DNA from: Bugula neritina
Lineage: Eukaryota; Animalia; Bryozoa
Direction of reading: 5' to 3'
Assembly (NCBI GenBank): GCA_964035545.1
Contig: OZ037766.1
Location: forward strand, 17,323,081 to 17,387,080
Length of the DNA: 64,000 nt
Under the pieces are notes generated by a model, which saw nothing but the letters and a program-made list of their open reading frames with translations, was not told the origin of the DNA and made no database searches. Below are positions 1-15,200 of the stretch, piece after piece (the first letter of the stretch is position 1; each line of letters starts with the position of its first letter). The position numbers and the translations under genes were made by a program.

Positions 1-588
1 AATGAGAAAAGCCTGTGTTCTAGATTAGAAATGTAGCATAAGAAGTTATGTTCTCCCCAAACCAAAATAAAATAAGAGTGTGTGAAGTAATAAATAGTGG
101 ACATATAAATACAACATTTTATCTTTTTTATTATAAATTCTTTAGGAAAAAACTCCGTTTCTGCTCAATATCTTCACATTTTTTACGTCTTTAAAAAGCT
201 CAAAACTTGCACATTTTGTTCAGCATAATGTTCATTTTCATTACAAAAACAATTTCTTAAGAGAAACAAACATGTCTATAAGCCATTATTAGAGTACCAT
301 TTGCATAATGTATTGAAAGACTTAAGTGACATGTAACTCATTTGTAATTGTTTTGATGCACAACTCTATAAAGATATATCAGTAATTAGATAAATTCAGT
401 GAATCTCAAGCAAGCATTCTAATAATATAAGCAAGTACTAGATTGTAGAGTAGGTTTGAAATGTAATATTTATGAGTTTTGCTTTTGACTGAAACATTGA
501 TGACATTGATGTCTTCTTGAAGTGGGCTTTCACTAAGAAAACAAACAGATTAAATATTCTGCTAGATGATTGCTTACCAAGTATCAAC

Positions 589-861
<273 letters not shown>

Positions 862-2162
862 TTTACAAGATGTTGGCTAATAGTATACAAGACAAGTAAA
901 GCTACTTGAGGTAAAGAGGGCATACAATAGACAGTAAACTGCATAGTGCACATAATGAAAACAGTAGTGCCTGTGGTTGGTAGAGTGCACATTGTGCCAC
1001 AAGTGGTGCATACAGTACAGTTTACAGTGTAAAAGTGTATATAATGTAGAGTTTAGAGCTATAGTGTATACAGTATGATGCGTACTAAAGCGTGCAAGGT
1101 TGATTAATTGCACATGTATTGCAGCTATGAAAACACTTGAAGATCTAAATCCTTTCAGCTTCTATGTAATTAGCATTTTTCATTCATAATAGTTTGTGAC
1201 AGGATGTTATTATAAAACATGTTACTGGTAACACTTGCAACAAACTTATGAGAGCAACATGCAAGGGCTATCTCACTATACGGCTAGGAAATGCATTAGT
1301 AGATCTGCTAACTACAGCAGCTTAACTACACATTTACTAAGTTAACGGAATAAATTTACAATATTAAGAAATTGGCTCTTACAGCAATCACTAACAAGTA
1401 ATATAATATAATAGAAAATATTATTTCACAAGGAAGCAAAATTATTTTCTACAAATGCTGATAATGGCAGTTTAAAGTACTTTGATTCAACTTTTCAACC
1501 ACTACTAATTAGTATAGCGTAATTATAATTGGACACATCAAGACAAGCCATTTGCTTGTTTTCAATTACAACTACAGAAAGCCTTATTTCTAGACTGCGT
1601 TTAACTATAAAATATTTAAAAATAAATTTAAAACTAAACTTTCAATGACTAAAATTGAAAGCCGCTATGGAGTGATTGCAGATACTGTTGAGGTATAGGA
1701 AATATAGTTAAGGCTATTACACTAATAATAACATACTATAATCAGCAGTTTGACAAGTAGAATTTTGATTCGTTATAAAGTTCCTAATGCCCTGCATTAA
1801 AGCTAGTAAATTGAAAACATTATATGCAAGTTTTAGATTTGGATCAATATTGCAGTTGAAGTTGGATACCTTTAGACAATTGATTTAAATCCTTAGTTCT
1901 GAGGGATATGTTGAAAATTGCGTTATAAGACCCCCCCCCCTTGGAGGTGGGGTCCTAGATTTCCTTTTTATAAGAAGTATAGGCAGTCTTTTAAAAAACT
2001 AATTTTTTTGAGAAATTAAATATGGTGGTAGGTTGCCAAACCAAACAATGCAAATGTGTAATTTGACAGAATTTTATCATTCCAAACTAATATTAATTAA
2101 AAACCTATTTGCTTTGATATATTTTCTCACCTATAATCTTCGATTTGTCCTGTTTGGGTAGC

Positions 2163-2299
<137 letters not shown>

Positions 2300-2733
2300 G
2301 AGAGTATATATACAGTATGTATACAGTATGTATACAGTATGTATACAGTACATATACACTGTATCTGTCGTAAAGTATGCAGTATGCCTTTCTAATAAGA
2401 TACATTCTTATTATAAAGGCATACATTTACACATTCTTATTTAATGTTGTCTGAAAAGATTTTAAGCCTATTATGCTGTGAGAGGAAAATATAATTGTTT
2501 CGGGTACAGTGGCTTAGTCAAAATTCTCTCCATCTTTCTTTATATAACATGTGCAAGAAGTAAATATATCAATGTTTTAATCCTAAATCTATCTCATATT
2601 TAAAACAGTGAGCTCAAATTACACTTATATAAAGTATATTCTATACATTGAACTATACTAATACATGTATGAGATATATACTGTACTTAGCTGAGGGTAC
2701 ATTACCAGCAAGCAATGTCAGCTGAGATCATAC

Positions 2734-3016
2734 CTATAGTAGTGATCACCGTCAGTGCAAAGTAGAACGCCCCTCCAAACTGCCACTGTATACCAGCTTT
2801 ATAAGAACGAGAGTGTATGATATTCTTAGTGATCAGCTCAAAGTCTGATGGTGATATGTTGTATTTAACTATGAACTCATATTCACTCAAATTAAGTTCT
2901 TTTCTTTCCAAGGTTTCGTTCTTTTTCTCCAAAGCGCTGAAAATGGCGGCACCAATGAGTAAATATGCAGATGTTACAACCAGAAGTATGCTAGTCCGAA
3001 CATTCTGCTTCTTCAT
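2734..3016 (-). CDS. Two-pore-domain K+ channel, TASK (KCNK3/KCNK9)-like; first coding exon only
   Basis: MKKQNVRT start, TM1 YLLIGAAIFSALE, cap helix, and pore helix/filter WQFGGAFYFALTVITTIG. A phase-1 GT donor at 2733 splits the filter at the usual TASK position. No downstream exon was found in the window. Confidence 0.92.
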
Positions 3017-4681
3017 ATCAGTTACTCAGGCAGTCAACCATTTCACCTGCAGCTTCAAATATAATTAGACACTGGAGAGCATCACTTAGATATTCTACCA
3101 TGACTACAATAATACTAATGAGTGACGTAACAATGCTATAGCTACGATGTGTAGCACATGCAACATGAAAATATACTAGGTTTATGCACGCAACAAAAAA
3201 GCACCATTATCTAAATAACGGTAGTGTAGTAAATGTACTGCAGTAGGCATATGCCTCTGCTTTTTAAAATGTACCAAGTGCTTTAAAACATGAAATACAG
3301 CTTCAAACTTTTATATAAGATTCTATATAGAAATTATAACATGTCATTGGTGAAATATGAAGCCTGAAATGATTATACCTAGGCACCATGAAAGCATAGA
3401 CCCATAATAAGTATAACATATATATTATGACATTATAAAGTTTACTTGGTGCACAAAGTTTCATAACTATACTGTTACAATAAATACATGTATGGTGTAA
3501 ATGTAAAATCTTTGATAAGTAAACTATTACATCTGTGTATATAATTAGTTTATATCGAGTAAAAGTCACGCCACAACTAATTGAGCACAATATATACTAT
3601 GTATGTAATAGACTATGATTACAACCCTGCCAACATGAACAGACTGTTGAGGATGAAGCTAGATATATGATTACTTTAAAAAAGTTACTGCTAGGTATAT
3701 TTATCAATTACAAATGATGAATGTTTGGTAAGAAGTTGATTGAGATATTGTGAGTAATGCATCCAACATCACTGTAACTATTGCAAGCAGGGTATAAGTA
3801 ATGCAATAGCTTCATACCTATACTGTGGTTTATTGTGAAAATTAGTTCAACTTTGTTAATCTCTACATTCAAAGTGCACTGCACTAATCATCCCAAGGAA
3901 TATATGCATTGCCAACTTTGTGTATATAGAAGCCCAGCCTATAGCAACATTTTATATTTACTCTTAACCCTACAACACTAAATACACCCAAGTGTGTTAA
4001 TATACAAAGAGATTCATTTACTATGTATGCGTGCTAAACACCTACCTTTGCTAAATATTATGCTGTTACATATGCAATAATGCTCGTTTGAATGTTTATA
4101 GCCTTATACCTATTGGTAAGAATAGACTTGGTATATATTTGAATGACATGCCACTGTGAGTGGCAGCTTTAATGCTCACACACTTTGGGTACTTGATTAA
4201 CACCTAATGCACAAAATGTAGCTGCTTGCTTTCAATATGAATCAAAAATATTTATTTTTGTATAATTACTACAACTACACGAAGTAGAGAATTGTAGTAT
4301 AGGTAACATGTTTGATGTCATGTCTTGTGATAATGGAAATGCTGAGGTTTGAACTTTTGCAGTAAATCAATGAGTAGCCTGTGTTGTGTCTTGTACTCTT
4401 ACTAGGCTCACTGTACAGTTTTCTTTCTTCAGGGTTGGCCTGGCAGTGATCGAAATGGACCGGGGCTTGCTCTACAGTACTAGGGCTAGTTGGTGCTGCA
4501 CATTGTCTCCATTGTAAGTGTAACTGTACTAAAATGTATCTACTCAAAGAGCCTGAGACTATACGATGTATTATACATGTAATCACTAACACACAACTTC
4601 ATACAAACGTTTCTGCTGTAAATTGTATTCAAACAAGGTTCAAACTCTTTAATAAATAGCTTAGTTTTGTATGCAATGATT

Positions 4682-4856
4682 ACAGGTAATATTTGCAGGT
4701 AATTATTGCAGGTAATATTTGTAGGTTATAATGATTGAGGATAATTATTGCGGGTTATTATTGCAGGTAATTATTGTAGGCTTTATTTGCAGGTGTTCCT
4801 TGCAGGTATTCCTTGCAGGTAATGTTTGCAGGTAATGATTACAATTTTAATGCAGG
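4682..4856. repeat. Degenerate ~14-bp tandem repeat with TTGCAGGTAAT core
   Basis: About 11 imperfect copies. Confidence 0.75.
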
Positions 4857-7800
4857 CTGATTGCATCATTCAAAAGTCAAGGTGTATATTTGCAGTCCCT
4901 TAATTCATTGTTGAAGTGAGCATTTGGCATGAGGCAACAATAATTTACTATAATTAATTTAAAACAAATATAATTATATACACAGAAACACTACAAAGTA
5001 GTATACTGAGTACTAAACTGTCCCATTATATATACTTTTTAAAAAAGCTTCAATATGTAGAAACTTTTCATGTAAGGGCTTGAGTGCATCTAATGAAATC
5101 AAATTGTCTGTTAGCCAGTATGACAAAGTGTGCCGTTAATATAAATCATGAGCACTCATTTATGACATCATCAGTTTGATCTCAAAATGCATTTTCAAGT
5201 TGAGTGACAAAATAAGAACGCCTCAATTTAGCTTTAATAAACCTGTAAACACTGTGGCGTTGTGTCTAGTAAAGGACAGAGCGGGTGGGGAAGGACATCC
5301 CATTGAATTGTCCTCAGGTTACCGTCAGAAAAATATCGAGTGTGGTCAGGAAAGCATCTTTTCAACTCAGCAGTAGTATTCAACAACATTTACTGCAAGT
5401 CAACACATTATATAAAAGGTTTCATTTCTGAGTTTGTTAAAAAAAAATCAGTCCTATAGACAGCTGCCTAATCAAGTTAACCACTGTGTTGAACAGACTA
5501 TTTCAAACCTTTAAAGTTGATTACAGATTGTTGTACTTATTGTGTATATAAGATGTTCTACCATTAGTTGACTGCTTTTCTCAGTAATTATATGATAGAA
5601 AATTGCTTAAACTTGTAAATTTGACTTTGGAATTGATGTATACAATTTATCATTTGAGAAAACTCTATCTTCATCAAGACATCTACAATTCAATAGAATC
5701 CAGTGAACAAGGGAATAATTCTAGCTACCAGAAAGTGAAAAGAAACTTAGCAAGCCAAGGTCTAGCTCCACCTTTGAGTTTATACTAACCTACATGCAGA
5801 CAGCCTGCAACCTATGTTACTTAATCATTAGCTAACCTTGATACTTTTAGTTTTACAATAAATCTTATTAACTAGTTTATGCAGTGTGAAAGAATTATGA
5901 AATTACCATCAAAGAGTGATTTTGCAAACTCAATAATACTTTGCACACTGTCTAAACCCTGGGACTAGTTATCACCAGACCATGAGTAATTATGCACTTA
6001 GATTATGTGGATTATGTCATTTTGCCATAAATTTAAGATGAAGAAGACTGAAAATTTTGGAAATCTAATTTTTCTTAAGATACTAAGTAAAGGCTTTCTA
6101 AATTTGCAAAACCACATTTAATAAGCCATACCGGTATACTTTAATGAGTCAAAATCTATGCTCTTAAAAAAATTATCAACTTTTAGAAACAGTTTAGTAA
6201 TCTTTAAATTTAATTAGATGCAGTCTTGTTTTAGTAAATAATTTTATGTTAAGTTTAAGGCAAGCCAAGTTAATTTATACTAGCTTATAACAGGTATTTG
6301 ATCAAACCGATGCATATTAGTATGTAATGTATAGTATATTATTACATAAAGTTGAAAAAAATTCTATAACTGAAGTGTATAGTTGCATGCATTTAGTAGC
6401 TTAAAGAAAAACTAAACTAGCATAAAACAACTTTAATAAACATTTAAGGTCTGCTTTCTACTTTTTAAATTACATTTTATCAAACCTAAAGTACCAGGAG
6501 TACAAGTACTAAAATAAATATTGGCATTCATTTAATTTTGGTGTTTGACACTGGCTTAGAGCTAACATCAGGACATTTATGATGTGCTTAAACTAAAGAT
6601 AAACTCGGCAGTAAATTAAAAAGGTTTCATTACAGGTAATATAATGTCTTTGGTCAAAACGTTGTACCTTTTGTTACTTTGAGCTGCTTAGTGTTATGTG
6701 TAAACTTTTATTTTGATGGTAAACATTGGTTTAGTCTTTTAAACTTGTAATTACAGGACTTACATTAGGCTAGTAGATTAAATTCGGTAAGTAGAGAAAA
6801 CTTAGGCTAATGAATTTCAGACTAGCTGTCTAAACTTATGCATGAAAATTTGTAAATACAAGTTTTAAATGGTCATAAAATAGCAGTTAGAGCAAACGAT
6901 AGCCCCCCAGTACTTGATTGAAGGCAGTTACTCACCTGAGTGAACTTAGAGCTAAGTGTTAGGCTGATAAACATTTTGAAAAGTGATTAAGGAGAATTAT
7001 TTACAGTAGGTTAGGTTATAAAACCTATACAAAATGTTACATGAATAATTAGCGCAGTGTTCTAGAATTAGACAGTTGCATTTGTTATAAGCTCTGTACT
7101 CTATTACCTCCTAGCAAAAATAAAGTTACTAAATTGATAAAAGAAAATGAAGGTGGGTTATATCTAGTGATACTGCATTACTTATATAGAGTATGTATAG
7201 TGTTGAACATACCTGAGACTCAGTGCCTGTAAGGGGTTTCTGTTCATAGACGGCAGCACTTGAGACGGCAGCAGTGACCACTTAGGTACGTCATCTCATC
7301 AGTTGGTCAGCCTGCGAGGAAACTACTAGATAAATATTTATCAGCGATATAAATATTCAAAGTGCTGATTGGCTGTTCCTTGCACCAGCACTGACTGTCT
7401 CTTACAACCCACTGTGGCTCAAACTTCTAAACTCTTATCTACAGATTAAGAACAAAATTGAATTACTGCGACTATTAGGTATAATTGATCACTGAATTAT
7501 ATAGTAATTAGTTATATAAGTAGCAGGCAGTAAAGGAGGCTGAAATAGCAATTGAACTGTGTCAGTTCAGTTGAGTAAAGCATTTAGAGCCTGTTTGCAT
7601 ATATAATGAGAATAGAGACTAAAATAGTGACCAATCCTGAAAGTTCATTAATGAGATTATTATTATGTAATACCTGAGCTGAGTTTAGTTTTATAGCTTT
7701 GCTTGTTGACGTCAGCCCTGACAAAATTCTACTGCATGAGCCAGCATATAGATGTAGTTACGCTGCCTATAACTCAGAGATTTTTAACCAGAATTATAAT

Positions 7801-8073
7801 TTATTATCCTGACTAGAGGAGAGAAGAGCACAAAATAGATACCTTTTTCTTGCTTTTTTATTGATTTTAGTAGATGATGCATGCCACTTGTGGTAACAAA
7901 TGTTTCTTTATATTTACACATTTCTGAAAATCTAGCCAATAAAAATAGCAAATTAGCTGCTGTGTATAAATTATGCATGCTTTGTAAGAAGTTTATCCTC
8001 ATGAAAAGAAAATCGGCAGTAGCTATAGGTAGATGGTTGAAAAGCACGTGCACTGTGAGAAATGTTGCCAGTA

Positions 8074-8335
8074 TAACTACCACTATAACTACCAACACTA
8101 CTCCCAGTTTAGTTCATTGCTCTCACTATTATTACCATTTTACCCCAATAATTACCATCAACACTTCTACTACTGTTTCTGCTACCACTACCTTTGCTAC
8201 TACTACTAACAGCACTGCCACCACTACCTCTAACACTACCGCTACTGCTACCACCACCATAACCACTACCATTATCACCAGTATCATTATGCTACTATCA
8301 CTATACTACCACTACCACTATACTAGTATCACTGA
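8074..8335. repeat. Imperfect (ACT/ACC)n trinucleotide low-complexity tract
   Basis: Produces the Thr-rich spurious ORF 7881..8339. Confidence 0.85.
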
Positions 8336-9544
8336 ATAATGATTCTAGCTACATACTACCAGGCCAATAAGTTGATTGCATTTGCAAAATTGATGATTTT
8401 CTGTAACAAATCATTTTTATAGGAAGTTTGTAAAGTAAATTTTTACGCAATATAGCGATATTGTTTTTATAATACTTAACTAGTTGAATATTGTAATTTT
8501 ACCAATTGAGTTTTAATTACAACCACATTTGTTATGCTTTTGGAGTTATTCTTCCTTGCTCTGCTTCTAGCTGAAGTTATATTTTGGAATCATAGATTCC
8601 CAGCAACTCATACTAGTGTTTAACTTTTACTTACTCATCTTAATACATGTAATGTGAAATTAATGTTTATAATGTTATAACATCTTCCTTTATTTATATA
8701 ATTTATTTGAGCCTTGCTAACTTGAATATATCTCGTTCCCTTTACGTTGCTTTTAATATAATAATATTATTTATATTGCTTAATACAATATTTATACAAA
8801 AATGCAGGTCTTCTCAGGTAACAACATCGACTACATTAAAAGCCATTGCCATAAAAATTCCATAAAAGACCTCCAGAGTATATATATTTATTAATCAATA
8901 GGTTAGATCATTATTAAGCTGGTGGTTAATTACTGCAATCGTTGTGAAACATGACATCATGGTATAAAAACAGTGATTAGCAAAACATTCAGCAATTCGA
9001 GAGGATGGGTTTTGTTGATTACATGATCAATAATTTAGGAGTGTCAGAATAATATACCCTGGCTAAAAATAAGTTACCCACTTCATAGAATATCTTACTG
9101 CAGTGTACTGCATTAGAATCCCATAAAATATCTGCAGCTGTAATAGATATAAATAACAAATAATCTCAAAAAAAACTTTGCAACTGTTCGCTGAATAGAA
9201 AAAACAATCAATCAATTATGACATTACCTTTCCTCACCTGACAATATTATCTTGAACAGAGTGTACATATTAGCTACAAATATGGCAGTCTTAGATGCAG
9301 TGCAAATAGTGAGTATCAGCTTAACTCTAGCTTTTCATGAAGCATATGACACACACTAGACTTATAATCAGATTTTGTTGATGCGTATGTATCCTATATA
9401 ATTATATTATTTTCTATGTACAAATTTATATAAGATGTTCACTTAAAGTTCATTTAAGGGTAGTTAAGTATAGGAGTAAAGAGATGACAACCCCTTAGCA
9501 AAGATAAAGCTTGACAATGCATGAAATCAAATAATTTTGTGAAG

Positions 9545-9579
<35 letters not shown>

Positions 9580-9879
9580 TACATATTTATATACAGTATT
9601 AATACTATTATATATTATATGTACATTAGATAACATGGGAGATCAAAAGCATATACTTGGGAGTTGCTGCACAGTTATCTATACACGAAAACAAACAAGA
9701 GAACATAAATCCACTAAACTATGATTAAATTGATAGCTTCCAACTGAGTTAAATTTATCAGCAAGTTTTTCCCCATTTCTCCGCTACTGCAGCTACCTAA
9801 AAAGCTCTTCCTCAACCTTACACTTTCTGGTGATCTAAAATCTAAATTTCAACAAACCTTGATAGTAAAGTTTGCAGAT

Positions 9880-10066
9880 TAGAGCAGCAGTGGTCTAGGA
9901 GTTAGAGCATTTGCCTATTAAGCACAAAGTCATGGATTCAAACCCTTGGAAAAAGCCATTGGTGATGCTAGGAAGAGCATCCAGTCATAAAAGATTTAAC
10001 AAAACCCTCCTCCATTAGGGGTTTCTCACAGGGATGGCGACAATGTAAACTTGTGTGAGTTGCGTG
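9880..10066 (+). mobile_element. tRNA-derived SINE, copy 1
   Basis: A-box-like TGGTCTAGGAG, degenerate B box GGATTCAAACC, body shared with copies 2 and 3, and a TGTGAGT-like tail. Perfect 16-bp TSD AGTAAAGTTTGCAGAT at 9864-9879 and 10067-10082. Confidence 0.9.
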
Positions 10067-10287
10067 AGTAAAGTTTGCAGATATAAAAAGAAGAAACTGG
10101 AGATGAAGATGACCAGCTAATGAAGCATAACAATGCGCTTACGTCATTATAGTAACCAGCTACATATAATCCATGTTTAGAACTTAGTACTTTTATAATA
10201 CTTTATCTGAAAGTCAACACTTTTTACTATATTATGTCATACAATATATTATACTATTCAGTAGAGACCTAAAGGAAGTGCTGGCCT

Positions 10288-10886
10288 GGTATGTGGTATA
10301 AATTACTGAGGTATGTTGTATAAAGTACTGAGGTATGTGGTATAAGGTACTGAGGTATGTGGTATAAAGTACTGAGGTATGTGGTATAAAGTACTGAGGT
10401 ATGTTGTATAAAGTACTGAGGTATGTAGTATAAAGTACTGAGGTATGTGGTATAAAGTACTGAGGTATGTGGTATAAGGTACTGAGGTATGTGGTATAAG
10501 GTACTGAGGTATGTGGTATAAAGTACTGAGGTATGTGGTATAAAGTACTGAGGTATGTTGTATAAAGTACTGAGGTATGTAGTATAAAGTACTGAGGTAT
10601 GTGGTATAAATTACTGAGGTATGTAGTATAAAGTACTGAGGTATGTGGTATAAAGTACTGAAGTATGTAGTATAAATTACTGAAGTATGTAGTATAAAGT
10701 CCTGAGGTATGTGGTATAAATTACTGAGGTATGTGGTATAAAGTCCTGAGGTATGTGGTATAAATTACTGAGGTATGTAGTATAAAGTACTGAGGTATGT
10801 GGTATAACGTACTCAAGTATGTAGTATAAAGTACTGAGGTATGTGGTATAAAGTACTGAAGTATGTAGTATAAAGTACTGAGGTAT
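10288..10886. repeat. 22-bp minisatellite (GGTATGTGGTATAAAGTACTGA), about 27 copies
   Basis: Head-to-tail units with point variants and no unique spacers. Confidence 0.97.
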
Positions 10887-12238
10887 TTAATAACAACATC
10901 ACAAAGTCTACTTGTAGTAAGCTCATGTGTATTGTTTAATCATTGATTATGTTGAAACATTGTTATACATTGTTTTTTTATATTATCTATATCTAGCACT
11001 TTGTTTGCAAATAACAAAATTATTTATGGTCCATACTACACTTTCTATCTACTTTCAGAGATAGCTACAAAAGAGGTTTCAGGATAAAACTAGACTTTTC
11101 GCATACAAGTGTGGTATGTGGAGTTGTTTGCTCACAATAACTGTGTTTAGAGCACAAATGTCAAACTGAATATGATGAATCTAAGTTTGTTGAAAAGCAG
11201 CACCTACACTATGCATATAAATATATACTGTTACCATCAGCCTAGATAGCCTTGTTGCCTGGAACTATAAAATAAATAAAATAGCTTATTGTTACTCTAA
11301 AAGTAGGAGTGCATTTTGTTTGACTCCTCCCTCTTTGATTTGTTGAGAGAATGAGGTTTAGTGTCACTGGTAAGTTCTGATAGCTTATCATTAAACTGCC
11401 AGCTCTCAAATATTGTTGTTATAAGCACATGTTTAGCAGCACTTAATATGCAAAATCAATTATACTGAATGCTTACCTTTTGACACTGTAACGCGTGAGA
11501 CTTAGTCACCAGGGACTCTCCTAATAAATACAGGTCTGCTTAGAGCTCAAGCTGTACAATCCTAACAGAGAAGTACGCAGAGCCACTATCACACTAAGGT
11601 AAGTTAAACTAGCAGCATAATATACTAATATACTCTGGTGTTGTAAATGCTGAGGCATGTACAATGCAAAATACTGCTAATATATGTAGCCTATACATTG
11701 TCACTGAAAACATGGTAGAGGCTGAAACTTTAAGTAGCTGTATAATTTGTATAAACCAAAGTCTATAAAAAAAGTCTAAAGAACTTAAGCGATCTAAATT
11801 TCTTAGCTACTGCTCCTAAATGGAAAATGGAGACATAAGCTCACAGTGGAAACAGACAAGGAACTTATTGTTTAAATAAACTAAATGAATAAACATGTGA
11901 AAATGTAAGTCCACTGGAAGCTGAGATGGGTAAAACAAGCATGTATTTTGTACTGCCAGGCTTGTAAAGACATGCTTGTGTGTGTTCTTACATTATTCTA
12001 GTGCAAAGAGCAGTTCCTGCTTGGAAATGTTTCTACAACAACCACCTATTGTTTAAATAGAATTACTGCATATAGTAAGTTTGTATATGCTGCAACACAT
12101 TTGAAAGAACACTCCTCCCGGTTATAGAGGTATGTTTGAATATTCAATACAGCTGCTTCTATGACTTGTAGGAATTGTCTCTAGCTCTGTGGGGTTATAG
12201 AGACAAAGTGGCTGAAGTGTAGTACCCCGTCTTAGGAT

Positions 12239-15200
12239 ATGAACAGCTCTGATCAAACACTCAACAGCCGACTCACGTGTAGCTTCTGTGGCCAGCCTAG
12301 AAGGTAAGTCTCGCAACATTAGCACAAGTTTCTTGTTTCAAGAGAGCTAATAAATAGAAAGTTCACAGGCTGACAGGTGATGGTGAGTGGACTAGTGCAA
12401 TATTATCTATGGCATTGTTAAAAAGTACATACAATGTTCAACTCGAAGATGATGCATAATAAATATCACACAGCTTTCATTTATGTTTCACTGGGTGGCA
12501 CCAAAGCTAGACTTTTAATAGTACAAAGTTTAAGCAAGTGAAAGTATCAAGTTTCATAAAATTAAATTGTTTCAAACAATCAGTCTTCTATAGTTTAGAC
12601 TTTAGACCCTCCAATCATATCAAAATGCTTCTCTCTAAACAATGGCCTTATATTTACTGCTGCAACAAAACTCTTGAATATCACAAGAGTCACATTCTAT
12701 GCTTGATATCACCTTCATATACAAAGACTCATAAGCAAAATAATAAATATAAGATATATGTTGTAGACAATAATAAACTCTACTAAAATGGCTTCCTGTA
12801 CCAGTACACCATACTGATGTGAAGTTAACACTGCCATTAGGATGGTATAATGATGCAGCATATTAATGTATTAAATGACTAAGGCATCTAACAGCTGGCC
12901 ATTCCTTTATTTACTCTGTGATTATGCTGATAGTCTATCGATCTCTATACTTCAAGTTGCTTAGTTCAGGCAGATGACAATTCAAGAAGTCTATAATGTT
13001 ATATAGCAGCAGTTGTTGTGAGCTAGGATTAGTTATGATTCTCATTGCTTGACTTCAAAATAAAGCATTAAAGTTATACAAGTTTCTTTGCAATCTATTT
13101 TGAGAAGCAACTTGCCAGCAAGGCTTTGTCTTTATCTTTATAGTATAGTGTGAAGTTGTCAACTCTACTTGTTTACTATGTTGTGAAAGTTAAATTTGCA
13201 ATGCACAGAAAGCTATTTAGAAACCTTTAATATTTAAAATAAAGCATAAGAATAACTCATCAAAAATGCTTTGTAATACATTTACTTGACAACTATTTGT
13301 AATAATAGCAAAGGCTATCAGTCATGTGCAGCTCCATAAACTGCAGGTATATACTGTTGCTAATGATAACATGCATGATTGATTACTTTTTGTTCAATAT
13401 TTCATACTCTGTAGGTAGAATGTAAATATTTTACAGAATTTCCAAAAATCATCAACAAGCTAGCCCAGGAAAATGCTGCCGATTTGTTGCAGGTATATCT
13501 CCTCATATAACCATAATTATCTTAGGATTGATGCGGTGATGTTACCTTATACCAACAGCATAGCTGATTGATTACTCAATTTCCTAATTTGCATAAAACT
13601 TCAAATTTTTTGCCATGAACAGATGATATCTCAAGTTACTTCCACACTTTAATTTCAAAATTTGTTAGTAAATTTTAGTTACTCTGTCTGATGTCATCTG
13701 GTGAAAGCAAGGTACTTCACACGCTGCTGAACTTTTTGCAGCAGTATATGCCAGACAATTTATAGTGATTAGTTTGGCACTTTATAAAACTAGCACCACG
13801 AATTTATAGCTACATTTAGCAATGCTATGAAATAGGATATATTTGATGGATGAACTGAACTGCAAATCAAAGTCAGTAGGACAAATCTTTCTGTTTTAAG
13901 TAGGTCTGCAAATTAAACCAAAATATTTTAATAATTACTAGATGAAGTGCATTGGTCGAGGCTCTTGCAGACCTGTCAAGTCTCAACAGCAAGCAGCAAA
14001 TCACCACCTGTCACCACACCTCCTCCAGTCAGCCCATTGGCAGCATTTAGTAACTCTGTCAGCAAATTCTTCAAATGGATTTCACCTAGCAAAAAATCAA
14101 CAAGAAAAGAAAATGAAGAGACTGCTCAAATACTTACCAGCTCACTATCAGAAACTAGTGTCACTCCAGTTTCTCCGAAACCTTCTACAGTTTTGCCAAG
14201 TCTGGACAGACTGCAGAATAGACAGCAGAAAGCAAATTTAGGTCAGATACAAACTCATGCTGCAGAGGAATCAACACAACACAGAGAATTAGCTAGAATA
14301 CCTCTTCCAACACAGCTTCAGTCACCCAATTCATCTGCTCTGATGGCGAAACGGCGCATGGGAAACTACGGAGCACACAAACACAGTGTAGTTGTGCTCT
14401 CAGAAGATAGTAGTCAAAGTGACTTGCAGCTAAATGCATCTCCTAATGTCATTTCTTCAGAGTCTGTCTCAAACAAACCTAAAGACTCTAAAGTATCAAG
14501 AAGTCATCTTCCTCTCACAGTAGCAGCAAGCTGCCCAGTGCAGCAGCACAAACCTAAAAAACCATATGAAAGCATAGAGCAACTAGCTGCCAGTTGGCCT
14601 CCGCACAACTATCACCAATCTTTTGGTAAGTGAACATGGGACAACATCTTGATTGGTTTGTTATTGCAATGAGTGAATAGTGAAGCCGGTAGTTTTATTA
14701 GAATTATGTTTTTAACATCCTTGCAGAAACTAGAGAAATTTAGAGCCTACCTAAAGCTCTAAATTATAGTCAAGTTTTAAATAGATCCCATGTAGAACAG
14801 CAGACATTTGTTTAAATATGACATCTAGTGTTATTGAAAGCAATATGAATGACATAATTGTTTTAATCATAAGTCACGTCTTATATGTTGTAAAGACACA
14901 GTCAATAGTACTTGATGGTTTATTGTTTCAGTTTTTGCTGTAGGAAGTGAGCGACATGTTTTCCTATCTAATGAAGTTGATGCAATGTGAGTAAACTCTG
15001 ACATGTTTTTTTATTCTATTTCTAAAAAAATGAGCATCAAATGGCTTTTCAAATTTTTCTTACATATTTTATAGAATTAGCAGCAGTAGGAATATTAAGG
15101 ACTTTAAGATTACCTATGAAGATATACACAAAGATGAGTTCATAGGTTTTTGGAGAAACGGGTGTATACATAAAGGCAGGTGGCATGGAGAAGTTGTTAT

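Noticed and set aside
4425-4485. Possible Penelope-type hammerhead ribozyme (CTGAAGA and CGAAA pieces)
   Set aside because: The two core motifs lie on opposite strands and no consistent stems could be drawn.
10288-10886. Regular array resembling CRISPR
   Set aside because: Contiguous 22-bp units with no unique spacers, no cas genes and a eukaryotic context; it is a minisatellite.
13942-14241. 99-aa ORF overlapping the pseudokinase exon
   Set aside because: It is an alternative frame; only the other frame splices in phase into the kinase domain.
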